Of a DNA stretch of 64,000 bases, positions 28,440 through 39,386 are shown piece by piece (positions within the stretch are counted from its first letter, which is position 1; each line of letters opens with the position of its first letter). Both the position numbers and the translations under genes were made by a program. Source of the DNA: a virus. Where the stretch lies: the IMG/VR virus record IMGVR_UViG_3300021378_000004; one strand, 5' to 3'. A model generated the notes under the pieces. The model saw nothing but the letters and a program-made list of their open reading frames with translations. It had not been told where the DNA came from and ran no database searches.

Positions 28440-28475
28440 AAGAATAATACTTTAATATATCTATAAGGATTAAAT

Positions 28476-29828
28476 ATGTCAGAACTTAGCATTATAAATC
28501 AAAAAGCTGGTCCTTTAGGAGAGAAGAATTTTGGAAATCCGGGGGTAGGCAACGAAATTAAAAGTGTTGGTAATTCTAATTCTATGGGGTTAGATGATGA
28601 TATAACTGGTCAATCTTTATCTGGAAAATTACAAAGCCCATTATCAAGAAGCGCTCTTACTGCTAGTAGATTAGAATATCCTATAGATGTTAGTGGTAAT
28701 CCAGCATATTCTGCTACTATAAAATTTCAAGTGTTAGAATACACAACTGCTAGTCCAGGTCAATCACAAAAAAATCATATAACAACAACTACAGATAATA
28801 TTCGATCTCAAGAAACAACAAAAGCAAAAGTTGAAGACGATCCTAATGCAAATGCCAGCAAGCTAGGTGGCGGTGGGAGTGATATTGGTGCTCCTTCTAC
28901 TGTTTCTTTTAGTGACGACGCTAGTAATTCAGGTTATGCCGGTATTTCTAGTAATAGCATCGGTGATTTTAGTGACTTCAACGGTGTTAATGAATTTAAA
29001 ACCAAGCAAGATGCAAAAACTGAATTTAATAATATTAAAAAAACCACTGCGAGCTCTAGTAACTTTAAATTAGGATTTTTTCCAAAAACAACTGCGCCTA
29101 TTGTAACTATGTATTTTCCGCCTTCTCAAGCTTTTCTTGATGGCGTTCAATATGGTGATGCAAATTTAGGCGCCACAGGTGGAGCAGCTTTAGGAGCATT
29201 TGAAGCAGGCGGTGATGGAGTTAGAGCTGCTGCTTCTCAAATGTTAGATGTTGGAAAAACTGTACTAGATACTGTATTAGCTGGTCAAGTTAAAATAGCA
29301 GCAGCTGCTGAATCTGAAACTGCTAGATTAGGTGCTTCTAGACTTATAAGTGCAATACCTGGAATGAATTTAAATCAAGGATTAGGAGCTGCAGCAGGTC
29401 TTGCAAATAGAATAATAGTCAATCCAAACGTAAGAAAATTATTTAATGGTGTAACTGTAAGAGAGTTTACATTTCAATTTAAAATGATACCAACATCGCC
29501 TGAAGAAGGTGAAATTATACAAAAAATAATTAAACTATTTAGAAAAGAAATGTATCCAAGAGCTTTTAAAATTCCAGTAGGTGGTGAATCAAATGTAAGT
29601 TTAGGATATAATTTTCCTAATGCATTTAAGATTAAATTTAATTTTAAAGATTCTGAAAACAGAAATATACCTAAGTTGTTACCATGTTATTTAAGAAATG
29701 TTTCTCATACAATAAATCCAACAGGCGGTGGTTTTAAAAATGATGGAAAAGCTAATGAAACTGATTTAACATTAGCGTTTGTTGAGCACAGAGCTATTGA
29801 GCAACAAGATATAGAAAAGGGTTACTAA
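28476..29828 (+). CDS. 48: baseplate tail tube cap gp48-like
   Basis: LEYP, NPN..LF.GV..REF.F.FKMIP.S..E, FR..MYP. Confidence 0.75.
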   Translation: MSELSIINQKAGPLGEKNFGNPGVGNEIKSVGNSNSMGLDDDITGQSLSGKLQSPLSRSALTASRLEYPIDVSGNPAYSATIKFQVLEYTTASPGQSQKNHITTTTDNIRSQETTKAKVEDDPNANASKLGGGGSDIGAPSTVSFSDDASNSGYAGISSNSIGDFSDFNGVNEFKTKQDAKTEFNNIKKTTASSSNFKLGFFPKTTAPIVTMYFPPSQAFLDGVQYGDANLGATGGAALGAFEAGGDGVRAAASQMLDVGKTVLDTVLAGQVKIAAAAESETARLGASRLISAIPGMNLNQGLGAAAGLANRIIVNPNVRKLFNGVTVREFTFQFKMIPTSPEEGEIIQKIIKLFRKEMYPRAFKIPVGGESNVSLGYNFPNAFKIKFNFKDSENRNIPKLLPCYLRNVSHTINPTGGGFKNDGKANETDLTLAFVEHRAIEQQDIEKGY

Positions 29829-30559
29829 TGCTTTATTTTAATGAATTTGAAAATTTAACATATAAATTTGGAGATGAAGTTGACACAGTTGTATTTCAAA
29901 ACTTATCAATATATGCTGATCTAATAGATGAGATTAAAAATAATATAACATTTTTAAACATTCATACTATTCAAGAAGGGTTTAGACCAGATCAAGTTTC
30001 AATACAACTATATGGAACTCCTTTATACTATTGGACTTTTTATCTTATTAACGATGATATTAGAGAACAAGGTTGGCCTCTTATTAGAACAGAACTTGAC
30101 GTATATACCAAAAAAATATTTCCAAATACTACAATAACAACAAGAGATCCTGACTTTGCAAATAAATTTAAAATAGGTCAAACTATTTCAGGAGGAACGT
30201 CAGGTGTATCTGGTAAAATTATAAAAAGAAATCCAGATTTAGGACAAATAGTTGTTGAAGGTAATGTAGCTTTTTCTATAAGTGGCGAATTATTTTCATC
30301 AACAAATTCTTCTGGAACGTTAGAATCTTTAACTGGAGTGTCAAGCTCAAAAGAATATCAATCTGCTTCTCATTATATAGATGGAACTGGTACAATAGTA
30401 GACATAGATCCTACAGTAGGTCCTGGAGCTTTACTTACAGAAAAAACTTATGAAGATGTTTATTTCACAATAAATGAGAATCTTAGACAAATTAAAATTA
30501 TTAAACCTAGTCAAGTTACTAACTTGGTTTCAAGTTTTAAAAGAGCTGTAAGAGGATAA
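29828..30559 (+). CDS. 53: baseplate wedge gp53
   Basis: RPDQVS..LYG...YYW...IND...WP; NE..RQIKIIKP. Confidence 0.85.
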   Translation: MLYFNEFENLTYKFGDEVDTVVFQNLSIYADLIDEIKNNITFLNIHTIQEGFRPDQVSIQLYGTPLYYWTFYLINDDIREQGWPLIRTELDVYTKKIFPNTTITTRDPDFANKFKIGQTISGGTSGVSGKIIKRNPDLGQIVVEGNVAFSISGELFSSTNSSGTLESLTGVSSSKEYQSASHYIDGTGTIVDIDPTVGPGALLTEKTYEDVYFTINENLRQIKIIKPSQVTNLVSSFKRAVRG

Positions 30560-30560
30560 T

Positions 30561-31919
30561 ATGGAATTAGACATTGCTTCTACTGCAGAAGGATCTACTG
30601 AATACTCTCTTGTGAGCGCTCTTATAACATCAGACCGTATGCAATCTGAAGTAGAAATATCTGCAGTTGTAACTGAATTTGTAATTTATGAACACATAGA
30701 AAAACCTTATTTAACTATGAGGTTGTCTTTTATAGATCAAATTAATATAGTTCAAACTGTAGACTTTCAAGGTGGAGAAAAACTATCAATAGTAGTAAAA
30801 CAAATAGAAGAAATTGAAACTGGAAATGAAATAAGAAAAGATTTTGTTATCGATGAAGTAGAAAAAGTAATTAAAGTCGACGAAAGAAATGAAACAGTTG
30901 TAATACATTGTACTGAATATCACATGTTTGAAGCTGCAGCACAAAATGTAAATAAATCTTACAGCGGTTCTCCTTCTAGTATTATTAATAGTTTAGTTTC
31001 TAGTTATATAAATAAGTCTTTAGTAATAGATGGCATAGATTCTACTAAGAATTTAAAAGTAATAATACCAAACTTAGATCCTATAGATGCAGCTTTATGG
31101 ATAAAAAATAGATCAGTGACATATAATGGTCTACCTTTCTTTTTGTATTCGCCTTTAGGCGTTGATAATTTAGTATTTAAAGATTTAGGAAAAATGTTAT
31201 CTGAGCCTGTAAATAACATTACAAGGCCTTATGTTTATACTAGTAGTTTATCTCAATCATCAGGAGAATCAAAATTATATAGCATAATAGAATATAAGTA
31301 CGAAAACTCTGAAGAATTAATTAATCTTTTAAGAAAAGGATATGTAGGAGCTTCATATAGTTTTTATGATGTGCATAGAGGAATACCTGAAGAAAAACAT
31401 TTTGATGTTGATAATGTATTTAAAAGTTTATTAGTACAAAATCTTTTAGGAGGCGAAAATTCAAAATATAATTATGGACCAGAATATAAGATAAAAGGAA
31501 AGAATTTATCAAGTTATAATTCTAAAGTAATTAGTAAAATATCTTCTAGTGGTAGTTATAGAGGTGGTTCGTATAATGCTGGTTATAGAAGTTATAGCGA
31601 TGAAACTTTAGGTGGTGATCATATGAAACACATTACAAGTAAAGCTATAAAAGGTTTTTTATCTAAAACTCCTTTGTGTATTACTGTGAAAGGCAGAGAG
31701 TTTATAACTGGTAATGATAATTATACTTTAGGAAAAACTATAAGAGTTTTATTTTTAGATGCTGATCCTACCGAAGATACAAATAGTGCTTCAAAAGATT
31801 TAAAAAAATCAGGTGATTATCTAATAATAGGTGCTAAACATTCATTCAATGGTGATAAGGTTACTAGTGAATTATTATGTGGTAAAGTCGCATCTATTGG
31901 AAAGGAAATTGCAATATAA
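30561..31919 (+). CDS. baseplate hub protein (gp27-like)
   Basis: Position between gp53 and gp5; IYEHI..P, SGDYLI...KH pattern. Confidence 0.6.
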   Translation: MELDIASTAEGSTEYSLVSALITSDRMQSEVEISAVVTEFVIYEHIEKPYLTMRLSFIDQINIVQTVDFQGGEKLSIVVKQIEEIETGNEIRKDFVIDEVEKVIKVDERNETVVIHCTEYHMFEAAAQNVNKSYSGSPSSIINSLVSSYINKSLVIDGIDSTKNLKVIIPNLDPIDAALWIKNRSVTYNGLPFFLYSPLGVDNLVFKDLGKMLSEPVNNITRPYVYTSSLSQSSGESKLYSIIEYKYENSEELINLLRKGYVGASYSFYDVHRGIPEEKHFDVDNVFKSLLVQNLLGGENSKYNYGPEYKIKGKNLSSYNSKVISKISSSGSYRGGSYNAGYRSYSDETLGGDHMKHITSKAIKGFLSKTPLCITVKGREFITGNDNYTLGKTIRVLFLDADPTEDTNSASKDLKKSGDYLIIGAKHSFNGDKVTSELLCGKVASIGKEIAI

Positions 31920-32827
31920 TGGCATACGCACATATATTAGAATCTGAATATTATGGTGATCAAGTAAGATGGTTTATTGGAACAGTTGTAGACGTTAATG
32001 ATCCTTTAAAACTTGATAGAGTTAAAGTAAGAGTTTATGGTATTCACACGTCAAATACTATTGATATACCAAATGAAGATTTGCCATGGGCAAATGTTTT
32101 AATACCTGTTACAGAAGGTGGCACTTCTGGAATTGGAGCAAATTCTCAAATAAAAAATAGAGCACAAGTTTTTGGAATATTTTTAGATGGAAAAGATTCG
32201 CAATGCCCTTTAGTTATGGGGTCAATTCCTAAAGTTGAAACAAAAAGAAATGATGTTAATGAATCGCCTTCGACAAAGAATGAATATGATGGAAGCTCAG
32301 TTGTTCCTAATGCATCGCCACAAGGTGTTAAGCCTGGTGTGCCTTCAGTTAGTGAAGGCAATTTAATAGGACAGAATAACGCAGAAAAAGCATACAATTT
32401 TTTCTTATCTAAAGAAGGTGGATCTTTTACAGCTGCACAAAGTGCTGGTATAATAGGAAACTTAATAGCAGAGTCTGGTAAAAACCTAAATCCAACTATA
32501 GTTTCAGGATTTAAAGATGAAGGATCTTTTGGAATAGCGCAATGGAATCCAAGTAAGGCTGCAGGTTTTAGATTGCAAGAGCTTAAAAGATTTTGTAAAG
32601 ATTCAAATTTAAATTTTAGGACACTATATGCTCAATTAAAATTTATAGTATATGAACTTGGAAAATATCCATATTTAGGCCTTGGTAAATTAAGAAAAGC
32701 TCAAACACCTGAAGAGGCTTCGCGAATCTTTGAAAAATTTTATGAAAGACCGGCGCCTGGAAGTACACAAAAAAGAATAGCTTTTGCTCTTGAAATCGAT
32801 AAAAAACTAGGAATTGGAGCTGCATAA
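31919..32827 (+). CDS. 5: gp5 N-terminal OB-fold fused to phage tail lysozyme domain
   Basis: WFIG.V.DVNDP..L.RVKVR, LPWA, G.FLDG; then AGIIGNL..ES, GIAQW, F...YERP. Confidence 0.8.
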   Translation: MAYAHILESEYYGDQVRWFIGTVVDVNDPLKLDRVKVRVYGIHTSNTIDIPNEDLPWANVLIPVTEGGTSGIGANSQIKNRAQVFGIFLDGKDSQCPLVMGSIPKVETKRNDVNESPSTKNEYDGSSVVPNASPQGVKPGVPSVSEGNLIGQNNAEKAYNFFLSKEGGSFTAAQSAGIIGNLIAESGKNLNPTIVSGFKDEGSFGIAQWNPSKAAGFRLQELKRFCKDSNLNFRTLYAQLKFIVYELGKYPYLGLGKLRKAQTPEEASRIFEKFYERPAPGSTQKRIAFALEIDKKLGIGAA

Positions 32828-35043
32828 TGGCTGATAAATCATTTATTAATATGAAAGCTGGTGATAAACCAAGAGGCGCTAATGAAAATAGTACATTTAA
32901 CGGTACAGTATTAACGATAGGTAGACCAGAAGTAATTGCAAAATTAACAGATATAAAAGTTGCTAAAAGTCAAACTAGCGATAAGAAAGCTTTTGTTACT
33001 AATAATCTCACATCAATATTTAATGATCTTTCTCAATATACTTATAATGGCAGTGTCATATCTTTAAAAAGCTTTCATCAAAGAATTAGAATAGAATATG
33101 AAAAACCTGAAGTAACACAAGCAGAGTTTGAAGCAGCTGCTTCGCCTGAAATGTTAGCTTTTCAACAAAAAATGATTGCTGATATTGGTGGTCCAATGAG
33201 AGCTTCTGCTTCGACTTTAAATGTTCAAGAAATTACTGGCAATGCATCACCTTTTAATGTTTTAGGTGCAACTTTTGGTGGATTCAAAGGATTACAAGAA
33301 GGATCAAAACCTACAGCTAATTTTACCAAAAGAGTAAGAATAGCTAAAATGGAGCCAGGCGCAGCCGACGGATCAGGAGACGCAACGTCATCCCAAACGT
33401 CGAATTTAACAACATTGTTTAAAAAAACTAATTTATCCACTAATAATTTAAATAAAGTGGTATTTACACAAGGTAGTGTTAATGCAATAATGGACGAATT
33501 AAAAGTTAGAACTTCTGCAAACTCGAGTAAAATAAAAGAAACAGCTCAATCTGTTTTACCTACAAATCTTTCTACTAAAATTTTAGAACAAGCAACAGTT
33601 GCTATTAATGATAAAGATGCTGGAATTACAGTTGAAAGTAAAATGACTAAAGAAGTACAAACTGAAGTTAAAACAAAACTTCGCGAAGCTCAAAACGCGG
33701 GTATAGACTTAGATCCTAATGCGTTAATTCCAGGAGCTGGTAGATCCGGATCTAATACGTTTGCTAACTTGTTAGGTAAAGTGAAAGGAATAAAAGCTCA
33801 ATTTCCTCCAAGTATTAAAAATTTAATGAAAGGATTACCAGATGGTGTTATCTCACCAAAATTAGGCACAAAAATTCCAAATATAATAGAAGGTGTAGAT
33901 CCAATTACTGGAAAACTTTCACTAGATACGAATACAAATAAATTAATACAAAAAGGCTCTTTGACGCCGAATATGACACCAGGTAATATATCTAATTTAG
34001 GTTTTAATAAATCTACGTGGGCTGGATATAATACGCCTAAAACACATAAATTTGAATTTGTAGATACTTCTGATGAATTAGAAACTGAATTTTCAAATAG
34101 TTCTAGAATAAAAACAGGAAATAATAATCAGGTTGTAGCTTTTATTGTAGGTTGGACTGATAAAATTTGGGGTCCACCAGAAAAAGTGAACGCTAATTCC
34201 ATTCATGAAATATCAAAAACAAATGACTTACAAAATTTAATTGATAGCGAAAAAAACATTAAAAGTGCATTAGTTAAAATAAATGTTAAACCTAAGATTT
34301 ATGGAATACAAGCTCATTACTTAATATTGACAGATGGAAGAATACAAAGAGGTAGACCTATAGATGAAACTAGAAATCCAAATAGTTCTTCTTTTGATTT
34401 AACTGGTGTTCAAGTTACTATTGTTGCAAACACTGAAAATCCAGTTAATGATGAGCAATTAGCATCATTAAAAAAACTAGTATCTAAAGCTTATAAAGTT
34501 TTGCCAGGTGTTAATTTATTTGGTGATTATGAAATGGATGCAAATAAAATAGGTCCAGGAATAGATATGGATTCTTTAAGAGATGTATATGGCAAAATAA
34601 ACTCTATTGATAATCCAGAAGAAGGTGGTAATGGGCCTAATAGAAAACAAATAGTTTATATAAAGCCTTCAGTTATTGCTCAAGGTTCCAAAACAAAATC
34701 AGTAGAACCTTTTAGTTTTAGTAAAATACAAAGTAAATTTGAAAATATAGATTTAGTTACTGGTAAAGAGTTACCAGCTAACGAAGAAGAAAATATAACT
34801 AATTTAAAAACAGCTTTAAACGATATAGGAAGTGGAAAATTGAATTTAAAAGATAAAATAAATAAGGCGGTTAATGAAGCTAAAGGTTCAAATATTAAAG
34901 TTACTAATGATACAGATATTAAATCTTTAACACCAGCATTAGATACGAATAAAACTAAAATTGATGGTTTTGCTAAAGATCTTGGCATAAAAACAGTAGA
35001 TGGCGCAAAATCATTAGCTCGAGCATTTGGATTTGGAGTATAA
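32827..35043 (+). CDS. large baseplate-associated protein with degenerate amidase-like domain
   Basis: IQAHYLILTDGRIQRGRP resembles T7-lysozyme/PGRP amidases. Confidence 0.55.
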   Translation: MADKSFINMKAGDKPRGANENSTFNGTVLTIGRPEVIAKLTDIKVAKSQTSDKKAFVTNNLTSIFNDLSQYTYNGSVISLKSFHQRIRIEYEKPEVTQAEFEAAASPEMLAFQQKMIADIGGPMRASASTLNVQEITGNASPFNVLGATFGGFKGLQEGSKPTANFTKRVRIAKMEPGAADGSGDATSSQTSNLTTLFKKTNLSTNNLNKVVFTQGSVNAIMDELKVRTSANSSKIKETAQSVLPTNLSTKILEQATVAINDKDAGITVESKMTKEVQTEVKTKLREAQNAGIDLDPNALIPGAGRSGSNTFANLLGKVKGIKAQFPPSIKNLMKGLPDGVISPKLGTKIPNIIEGVDPITGKLSLDTNTNKLIQKGSLTPNMTPGNISNLGFNKSTWAGYNTPKTHKFEFVDTSDELETEFSNSSRIKTGNNNQVVAFIVGWTDKIWGPPEKVNANSIHEISKTNDLQNLIDSEKNIKSALVKINVKPKIYGIQAHYLILTDGRIQRGRPIDETRNPNSSSFDLTGVQVTIVANTENPVNDEQLASLKKLVSKAYKVLPGVNLFGDYEMDANKIGPGIDMDSLRDVYGKINSIDNPEEGGNGPNRKQIVYIKPSVIAQGSKTKSVEPFSFSKIQSKFENIDLVTGKELPANEEENITNLKTALNDIGSGKLNLKDKINKAVNEAKGSNIKVTNDTDIKSLTPALDTNKTKIDGFAKDLGIKTVDGAKSLARAFGFGV

Positions 35044-35047
35044 TTAA

Positions 35048-36451
35048 ATGTCAATGGAATCTCAAAACTTTATAGTACCTGAAGGAAAAGCTAGCTCTTT
35101 AAAAAATAAAGAAAACGGCTTTTCTGATCCTAGCGGTATATTTCCTAAAGTTGAATATGAAGAAACATCATCAGTCAACGAAATAGCAAGAGGATTTAAA
35201 AGAGTAAACGTTGAACTAGGTGGTTCAGTAAAAGATATTGATTTTGATTTAAATGAAGAAGCAGTATCAACTTATCCTAATTCACAAGTTAAAGAAACTG
35301 CATCAGGTCATATTGTTGAATACGACGACACACCAGGCTCTGAAAGAGTTATGATAAGACATAATTCTGGTTCAGGCGTAGAAATGCGAGCAGATGGATC
35401 TGTAGTATATTCATCAACAAAAAATACAGTAAGAGTTACAGCACAAGATGAAAAGGTTGTAGTTGATGGAGATGGTGAACTACAATATAACGGTAACTTA
35501 AAACTAAAAGTTGCAGGAGATTTTGATGTTGAAGTTGGTGGAGACTTTAATGTAAACGTCAAAGGCGATATGGAACAAAATATAAGAAGAGGCCTTATTA
35601 CTGATGTTGCTGGAACTGTTGAAACTCAAATTGTAGGAAGTAAGTCAGAAACTATTGGTGGAGGATCCACTACGCTAATACATGGTGACAAGAATGATAT
35701 TATAAAAGGATCATTCGCTGAAAATGTGCAGGTTGATCATAACTATGCCGCTGGAGGAACACTAACAATGACTGCTGAAAATGAAGTTACTCTTTCAACA
35801 AAGAGCGCTAACATTACAGCATCATCACTCGCAGTATTAGGTGACAGTGGAACTATTGGAGGTGCTAATATGGTCTACTATGGTCATACTGCGCACATAC
35901 CAAGAGTTAACTCAACTTCAGTTCATGCTACTGCAATGTATGCTACAACATTTCATGGTGACTTAACTGGTAAAGCAGATAATGCTAATCAAGCAGACTT
36001 TGCGACAACTGCAGGCGAAGCACCCAATGGAAGTGCTGGATCTCCTGGGACAAACGTAAATAATACTACAACTGCTGCAGATTCCGATACCGTCTTACCT
36101 ACAACAGCTATAATAAATGATGCATTAGAGAATTCAGGTGTGGCAATCAGAAGAGTTCATATTGATGACTTTAATCAATTGTTTAACAGATTAGATCGTA
36201 CAGCACATTACGGTGGTGTATCTAAGGTAGACTTAAATACTAAAGAAGCTAGATCAAAATTAAGAGATCCAAATAACGCAAGTAACACTACGTTTATTTC
36301 AGCTCTTATATCAGATGGCACAATATCACCTTTTGCTACAAGGCTTTCACCATTATCAACGGGTAGAATAGTTGGTAAAGAAACAGCAGCAAGAAGAGGA
36401 AATGACGAATTAGGTAGAAGTCAAAACTCAACTAAATTATATAAGGCATAA
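35048..36451 (+). CDS. gp5 C-terminal beta-helix spike protein
   Basis: YP..V.ET.SGH..EYDDTPG.ER..H.SG and VxGx repeats. Confidence 0.8.
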   Translation: MSMESQNFIVPEGKASSLKNKENGFSDPSGIFPKVEYEETSSVNEIARGFKRVNVELGGSVKDIDFDLNEEAVSTYPNSQVKETASGHIVEYDDTPGSERVMIRHNSGSGVEMRADGSVVYSSTKNTVRVTAQDEKVVVDGDGELQYNGNLKLKVAGDFDVEVGGDFNVNVKGDMEQNIRRGLITDVAGTVETQIVGSKSETIGGGSTTLIHGDKNDIIKGSFAENVQVDHNYAAGGTLTMTAENEVTLSTKSANITASSLAVLGDSGTIGGANMVYYGHTAHIPRVNSTSVHATAMYATTFHGDLTGKADNANQADFATTAGEAPNGSAGSPGTNVNNTTTAADSDTVLPTTAIINDALENSGVAIRRVHIDDFNQLFNRLDRTAHYGGVSKVDLNTKEARSKLRDPNNASNTTFISALISDGTISPFATRLSPLSTGRIVGKETAARRGNDELGRSQNSTKLYKA

Positions 36452-36453
36452 CA

Positions 36454-37086
36454 ATGGCAGTTTCAACAGTAGATTTATTGGTAGATCAAAAATACAATCC
36501 AGTATTTCAAGATTCAATAACAAGTAAAACAAAACTTGCGTCTGGAATATCAATGGCAAAGTTTCTTGGTGGTGACAACGATCCTGTAACATTGACACAT
36601 ATTACAGATGACAATCAAAAAGTTTTACTAGCAAAGCAATATGTATTACATGCAGAAGCAATGAAAACAATTAATTCTCAAGATTCAACAAAAGAATTTA
36701 AAGATTTTAGATTACAAGTTGTAGAAGGATTATATAGAGCAGAACCCGGTGAAAACTTAGATGTTAGTGACGGATTAAATTACTTAATGTCTAGAGGTTT
36801 AGCTGTTGTATATGAATTAATTGGATTAAACGGTAAAATTGCTATAGAAAAAACATTTGATTTAGCCGTATATTGGAAAGATAATATACAATTTGATAAA
36901 ATGATTTTAGATTACGATAATTATAATCCAGATGGCACACTTAATGCTCAAATTATATTAGTAATGCCTGAAGTAATATCACCTTGGACTGTTACATTTA
37001 ATAATAACGTAGAAACAAGATATAATAATATTAATCAGGTTACAAATGAATTATTAGAGGTATTAAGAACAACTGTTGACGCATAA
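36454..37086 (+). CDS. hypothetical baseplate-region protein
   Basis: ORF between the gp5 spike and gp25. Confidence 0.6.
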   Translation: MAVSTVDLLVDQKYNPVFQDSITSKTKLASGISMAKFLGGDNDPVTLTHITDDNQKVLLAKQYVLHAEAMKTINSQDSTKEFKDFRLQVVEGLYRAEPGENLDVSDGLNYLMSRGLAVVYELIGLNGKIAIEKTFDLAVYWKDNIQFDKMILDYDNYNPDGTLNAQIILVMPEVISPWTVTFNNNVETRYNNINQVTNELLEVLRTTVDA

Positions 37087-37090
37087 CTTA

Positions 37091-37098
37091 TATAAATA
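37091..37098 (+). promoter_or_regulatory. late promoter TATAAATA
   Basis: Exact consensus before gp25. Confidence 0.8.
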
Positions 37099-37115
37099 GA
37101 TCAAAAGGAAACATA

Positions 37116-37559
37116 ATGCCAATAAGAGCTTTTTCAATTGAAGATGGTAATATAGGAACTAGTAATTTAATTTCAAGTAGAACTGAAACTTATAAAGATA
37201 TTGATTTAACTTTTACAAACAAAGCATCTGGTGACATTTTTAAAAAAGAACATGCTGCTTCTGTAAAACAAGCAATTAAAAATTTATTATTAACAAACTT
37301 TAGTGAAAAGCCTTTCCAACCAAGATTTGGTGGTAATTTAAATTCTTTTCTTTTTGCTTTAAACACAGATGTTGATGATGAAGATTTAAGAGATCAAATA
37401 ATACAAGCAGTTGAAATATTCGAACCAAGAATTCAAATATTAAATATTGATACAAATTTACGCGATGATTCACACGAAATAAAAGTCACAATTACTTTTA
37501 AAATGATTAATACATCACAAATTGAAAGTACACAAGTGAACTTAACGAGGTTAAGATAA
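37116..37559 (+). CDS. 25: baseplate wedge gp25
   Basis: YKDIDL, IKNLLLT..EKPF.P.FG, FEPRI. Confidence 0.9.
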   Translation: MPIRAFSIEDGNIGTSNLISSRTETYKDIDLTFTNKASGDIFKKEHAASVKQAIKNLLLTNFSEKPFQPRFGGNLNSFLFALNTDVDDEDLRDQIIQAVEIFEPRIQILNIDTNLRDDSHEIKVTITFKMINTSQIESTQVNLTRLR

Positions 37560-39386
37560 ATGGCAACAACTATTAGATCAACTCAATTAGATTTTAACAC
37601 TATTAAAAGTAGGTTAAAAGATTATTTAAAGCAACAAACAGAATTTGCTGATTACGATTTTGAAGCATCAGGTTTAAGTAATATATTAGATGTATTGGCA
37701 TATAATACACATTTTATGGGTTTAAATGCAAACTTTGCTCTTAACGAATCGTTCATAAACACAGCGCAACTTCGAAGCTCTGTGACATCACTAGCAGAAG
37801 GATTAGGATACGTTCCAAAATCATATTCTTCATCAAAAGCAGACTTAAATCTTGCTGTTCAAATATCAGCAGAGACAAGACCGACTCTTATAACTTTGCC
37901 AAGAGGCACATCATTTACGTCAAGTGTTGGAGAAATTTCATATACCTTTCAAACAAGAGAAAATTTTATAGGTATAGATGATGGAACAGGACTATATCAG
38001 TTTTTAAATTCTATAGATGGTGTAGCTATACCAGTTTTTGAAGGTACAGAAAAAACTAAAACTTTTTTTGTAGGTGACGTAGCTGATAATCAAGTATATG
38101 TAATTCCAGATATTACAATGGACACTTCAACTATACGCGTAAGAGTTTTTCCAACTGCAAGTTCATCTTCATTTGATACTTATATTAACATACAACGCGC
38201 ATTGAGAATTAATGATGATTCAAAGTTTTTTCAAATAAAAGAAGTTCCAAATGGATTTTACGAAATACTATTTGGCGATGGCACAACTTCAGGAAAAGCA
38301 CCAGTTGCTGGTAATAAAATAGTAATTGATTATTTATCAACACAAGGTACAGTTGCAAATAATGCTTCTTCGTTTTCGCCATCATCGGATATTACTGTTA
38401 ATGGCGTAGATTATACTCTTGTGACAACAACTGAGGCTGCCTCTGCTGGTGGTGCATATAAAGAAAGTATTGAGTCTATAAGACAAAACGCTCCTATAGC
38501 TTTTACTTCTCAAAGAAGATTAGTAACTGCAGAAGATTATAAAGCTCAAATACAATCAAATTATGGCGGATTTTTAGATGATGTAACATCATACAGTGGT
38601 GCAGATTCTATACCAGCAATATACGGAGTAACGTATATTGGTTTAAAATTTAAAGCAGGTGTAAGTGCATCAAGACAACAAAATGTTAAAGACCGAATTA
38701 AAACAGACCTTACAGATAATATGGCAATTATGTCGATAAATACAGAATATGTAGATCCTGTAACAACTTTATTAGAAATTTCAACTACCTTTAATTTAGA
38801 TCCAGATTTAACAGGTTCAACTTCACAAGCTCTTCAAACACAAGTTCAAAATACAATAAACAATTTTTTTACAACTAATCTTAAAAAATTTAATAAAGTT
38901 TTTAGAAGATCTAATTTATTAACTCTTATAGACGCTTTGGACCCATCAATTTTAAACTCTAAAATGGAAATTAAGTTAAAACAAAGTTTTGTACCAACTG
39001 CTAATATACCTTTATCTTATACTATATCATTTCCAGTTTCCTTAGCTGAACCAGATGATACAATTTCGTCTTTAACAACTTCTCAATTTACTTTTAATTC
39101 TCAAACTTGCTCTATAAAAAATAAAGTAGGAACTACAAAATTACAAATAATATCAATAGATGGCACTATTGAAGTTGATAATATAGGAAGCTATAACAAT
39201 TTAACTGGGATAGTTAATTTAGTAGGATTTAAACCAACTTCATTTGAAGGAAGTGAAATAAGTATATCAGTATTTCCAGCAAATCAGAATACTATAAGAC
39301 CTTTAAGAAATTACATATTAGATATTGATACAACATCATCATCAAGAGCAGTCTTAGATTTTCAAAATACAGCGGTTAGTATATAA
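37560..39386 (+). CDS. 6: baseplate wedge gp6
   Basis: LDF..IK, DYDFEASGL, LAYNTH, FGDG, Q.R.VTAEDY. Confidence 0.93.
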   Translation: MATTIRSTQLDFNTIKSRLKDYLKQQTEFADYDFEASGLSNILDVLAYNTHFMGLNANFALNESFINTAQLRSSVTSLAEGLGYVPKSYSSSKADLNLAVQISAETRPTLITLPRGTSFTSSVGEISYTFQTRENFIGIDDGTGLYQFLNSIDGVAIPVFEGTEKTKTFFVGDVADNQVYVIPDITMDTSTIRVRVFPTASSSSFDTYINIQRALRINDDSKFFQIKEVPNGFYEILFGDGTTSGKAPVAGNKIVIDYLSTQGTVANNASSFSPSSDITVNGVDYTLVTTTEAASAGGAYKESIESIRQNAPIAFTSQRRLVTAEDYKAQIQSNYGGFLDDVTSYSGADSIPAIYGVTYIGLKFKAGVSASRQQNVKDRIKTDLTDNMAIMSINTEYVDPVTTLLEISTTFNLDPDLTGSTSQALQTQVQNTINNFFTTNLKKFNKVFRRSNLLTLIDALDPSILNSKMEIKLKQSFVPTANIPLSYTISFPVSLAEPDDTISSLTTSQFTFNSQTCSIKNKVGTTKLQIISIDGTIEVDNIGSYNNLTGIVNLVGFKPTSFEGSEISISVFPANQNTIRPLRNYILDIDTTSSSRAVLDFQNTAVSI

